Positions 60,422 through 64,000 of a stretch of DNA of 64,000 bases are shown piece after piece. The notes beneath the pieces were generated by a model, which was not told where the DNA came from, did no database searches, and saw nothing but the letters and a program-made list of their open reading frames with translations. Position 1 is the first letter of the stretch. The number at the start of each line of letters is the position of its first letter. The translations under genes were made by a program, and so were the position numbers. The stretch is from Takakia lepidozioides (Eukaryota; Plantae; Bryophyta), in NCBI GenBank assembly GCA_030704615.1, contig CM060734.1, positions 9,672,001-9,736,000 on the forward strand. Reading direction: 5' to 3'.

Positions 60422-63356
60422 ATGGGTAGGGTCCTCGGGTATCCAAGTTGTGTACAGCAGATTTTAGATGAGGCAAGCCTCAGGAAAATGAAGATGAGGG
60501 AGGAGGCAACAGCTATTAGAGCTCGTCAGGCTCGTAGATTTGTCTTGGATTTTGCTAAGGAAAGTGAGGGAGAAGAGGCAAAAGATTCTCAGGAGGTGAG
60601 GTGGACAGTCCCCCAAGGAGGGGACGGTATTTTTGAGAGGCATAGTGGAACTGATGCATCTCAGAGCTCAGAGGATGGGGAGGATGAGGGGGATGAGGAG
60701 GAAGGTGGGGCAAGTTCCTCGGAGGGTGTGGGAGAGTAGTGCCCATTCCGGCTATGACATCTGTGAGGTTCGATTGTATGCAATTTATTATTTGCAACGG
60801 AACTTTATTTACTCGGGGGACCGGTACTGCTGCTGAAGCGCAACTGATGGTGCAAGTTCTCTATTGATTGGAGCTGTCACAACCAATGTCAACAATCATA
60901 TTTACGGTAAGGTGTTTGATGCTATTGTTGTTCCTCAAGCTGAATTCTATAATACTCTTTTTGCTATTCCCATGCCAACAACATCAGGTCCTATAAGACT
61001 GTCATGTTCAAACGAACGTATCAGCCACCCTGGCCAGCTTGTAGCCACGGCCCATCATAACTTGAATGAATTGGAGATTTCGTGCTCAGTTCCTGGTTTC
61101 ATGTCCGTGGTGGCTGATACGGAATTCGGAATATGGTAGTCCCAGTGGACCTGATGTTGTTGGCATGGGAGTAACAAAATGATTCCTAAAGAAATTAGCT
61201 ACATGAATATCGGCAGTATGAAACACCTTGCAGTACATATGATTCTTTGAGATTGTTTGCACTGGATGTGGAGGCCAACCTCAAGTTGCAGAAAGAGTTG
61301 GAGGACAATAAAACTGTCTTACAGCTTGCGAAGGAAAATTTAATTGAAGCAGGTCTTGAGCAGGAGAAGTTGCATGAAGTGCATAAGCAACAACTATATC
61401 AGTTGCAGGTTAAGCATGAAGGCAAGTTGCAGGAAGTGAAGTTGCTTCATACAGAGTTGGAAGCAGTCCATCAGAAAATGACCATACAGTGTGCCACACT
61501 AACGACTAATCTGGAGCTGACTGCACTAGAAGTTAAGAACCAAGCTGAGAGATGTTTAATGGCGGAGACAGAGTCAATGGAGCAGGGGAAACTCATTGCT
61601 GACATGAAGACTACTATCTGTCACAATGAAGATACTATTCAGCAGTTCCACCAGGTCGATGCCCAGAAAGACAGGTACATATTTGAGTTGCAGCAAACCA
61701 TCACAGTAAGGGACAATGAACTTTCTGTGAGTGAAAAAGCCTGGAAAGAAGCCAATAATTTGTCAGCTGCCTATGCAGCTCTGGTTGAGCCTCATGCGAA
61801 GTGCATGGAGACTTTACAGCAGCAGTTGGACACATACAGACTCAAGGAGGAGCAAGATCTCCGTGGTGTTACACAGAACTTGGTGGATAATCATCTTTTG
61901 CAAGAGTGGTTAACACAAGGGCCAGTGGAAGGGAAGGCACCAAGAAAGCTCACCCAAGATGAGATGAATGATCTCAGGCTACGGGTGTAGAACATTGCCA
62001 CAACCACTATAGACAATGTCTATAGTCGGATAGCTGAGTTGCAGGAGGATGTGAAAGGGCTGCAGACTCAAGTAGATGACTTTAGCTCCAACATTGATGA
62101 AAGGGCATTTGTTCCTGAGGAACAGCTCATGGCTACTTATTGCACGTCAGGACTTTGACTTTCCAATCTTCAGCACAGGAAATGCAGGACTTGCCAACAT
62201 CAGGAGGGACTGTGGCAACCGCATTACAACAACCACGCCACGTCGACAGTGTTGATACCATGACACTGCAGCAATCACTGTCTGAGGTTTGGGGTGATGC
62301 TTCTTTTAACCCACCTACTACTCCTGCTGCACTTGAATACAATCGGGCTATAATTCTACCCTCAACCAAATTCCCATTGTTATGGATTTGGCTTGGAAAG
62401 AATTCAGTCCTCCAGAGTCTTTGGCACACTATTACCAGATTATGCGCATTTGGTTGCCAGTGGCAACTCGAACTAAAGTTCTTCCAAATGACAGACCCAT
62501 TGAAGATCATCATTTTGCACGGTACTGGTCTGAGGCAGGCACCATGCTGAAGGAATTAATTGCCTTCCAGATTGTCATGGACATCTACACCAAGACCAAG
62601 GAGGTACCTAGTTTGGTCATGGGTTGTGGACTGTATTATGCTGCTTGTTTTATTTCACGCTATCACATTGGGCAGCAAAAGATGCAGATGAGATTTCAGA
62701 CTTATTCCAATGGGGAGCATTGGGTGTTACCTTCAGTTCCATCACATACATATCTGTATGATGTAAGGATCATGCTTCAGAAAGATCCCCAACTTCGTTC
62801 TTGGTTTACTTTTACTCTGGAGAATTTGGCCAAAGAAAACTTGGGTCTTGACCACATTTTTCCTAAGGGGCATGAAGCCAGAAAGTGGTTACACTTTTCC
62901 AATGTCATTGGCACACCACTCAGCTATACAAGCGATGAACTGAGGGCATACACTAATTTTGCCAGAAAGGGGTTGATACAAGTCTTAAAGTTTAAGCTTC
63001 CAGACATGGTAGGCATACACTGTATGCCAGTCAGGATTCATGAGAAGCCACATAAGGTCAGCGCACCGAAAGGCCACCGGGGGGAAGATGATTTAAATAC
63101 TACTGGTTCTGTGGATGGGAATTTTAACATGGCTGAGGATTATGCGATACAAATGGCCGAGAAGAAACGACGAGGATCTCCTATGCCTGAGAAGTTACCT
63201 CCTTATCAGCCAAAGGCAGGGCAATCAGTTCCATCCAGTCGGCAGTCATCCCTACCAACCAACGATATGGCTCGGGCTCACACACAAAGCCCTCCGAGGG
63301 ACTCTCACCGGCAGAAGGGTGATCGTTCACAAATGTTTGCTGATCCTAAACAATAA
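60422..63356 (+). pseudogene. Long interrupted ORF (acidic region + coiled coil + unknown domain) directly upstream of a retrotransposon PPT
   Basis: Successive ORFs 60422-60739, 61247-61990 (read-through past TAG to ~62130) and 62382-63356. No RT, RNase H or integrase motifs were seen. Confidence 0.55.
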
Positions 63357-63377
63357 ACCGTAAGGACACGGCTTTTT

Positions 63378-64000
63378 GAGAGGGGGAGGGATAATGTTAG
63401 AGGGTTATCTGGGACTTAGACAGTTTTATGGGTTCTGTGGGGTACCCTTAATTTTGCGCAGACTTACGGATGGTAGACTCAGACCAATAGAGGCCTTAGG
63501 GGTGACAGACACAGGCCTTAGGGGTGACAGACATAGGCCTTAGGGGTGACAGGCACAGGCCTTAGGGGTGGTAGGCAGGCTCACACAGTCAGTTACAGGC
63601 TTACACAGCTTGTCACAGCCTGACACAGCTTGACACAGCCTTACACAACCTTACACAGCCTATCATAGCCTATCACAGTCAGTCACAGTCTATCACAGCC
63701 CGACATAGCCAGACACAACCCGACACAGCCAGTCACAGCTCGGCACAGTCACAACCCGACACAGTTTGGCACAGCCGGTCACAGCGTTCACAGGGAACGG
63801 TTATCATTGGCAGGGAACGACTATGTAGGAACGACATTTGCAGAGGGAACATGCATTTTGTCCTGGATGACAGTAATTAGTTAGTTAGGCGGTTAGAACA
63901 TCTTGTAGGTAAAATAGGCAGAGTAGCGACATGGAGGGGGTCACTTCTTGGAGATCACTTCTTGGACATCACTGGGGGAGATCAGGCGGAGAGCACGATC
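63378..64000 (+). mobile_element. Gypsy-type polypurine tract and start of a 3' LTR
   Basis: AGGACACGGCTTTTTGAGAGGGGGAGGGATAA is followed by TGTTAG at 63395, a typical PPT-TG junction. The LTR runs off the window. Confidence 0.8.
63491..63790. repeat. 22-bp x4 and ~10-bp minisatellites within the LTR
   Basis: AGGCCTTAGGGGTGACAGRCAY at 63491, 63513, 63535 and 63557, followed by ACACAGCCTK-like 10-mers. Confidence 0.92.

Noticed and set aside
63491-63575. Telomeric TTAGGG repeats
   Set aside because: TTAGGG is only part of a 22-bp LTR minisatellite, not a tandem telomere tract.

Overview
Eukaryotic nuclear DNA with spliceosomal introns, from a land plant. PLS-type PPR fragments, an ORTHRUS/VIM gene and a PARP6/8-type ART fused to an E2 point to a non-seed plant, probably a bryophyte (inference). 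Four apparently intact host genes are present: a signal-peptide/coiled-coil/TM protein (-), MOG1 (+, 7 exons), a ~1065-aa PARP-like ART + UBE2Q-like E2 fusion (-, 5 exons) and ORTHRUS/VIM (+, 9 exons). They sit among many transposons: two CACTA ends, a complete TTAA-flanked piggyBac, a ~14-kb MULE-type element with a SWIM transposase and a Ulp1 protease, Gypsy fragments and tRNA-like SINE heads. The most unusual signal is at 231-5106. There, the region next to a CACTA end carries a decayed, intron-containing ParB/Srx-like gene and a bacterial-style beta-class DNA amino-methyltransferase (DIPY motif IV ahead of a degenerate SAM-binding motif I). Both are interleaved with a recurring GGGAAGTC-N6-GACTTCCC palindrome. 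This is a candidate transposon-encoded DNA-modification system. All calls were made by eye from motifs; no database searches were run.
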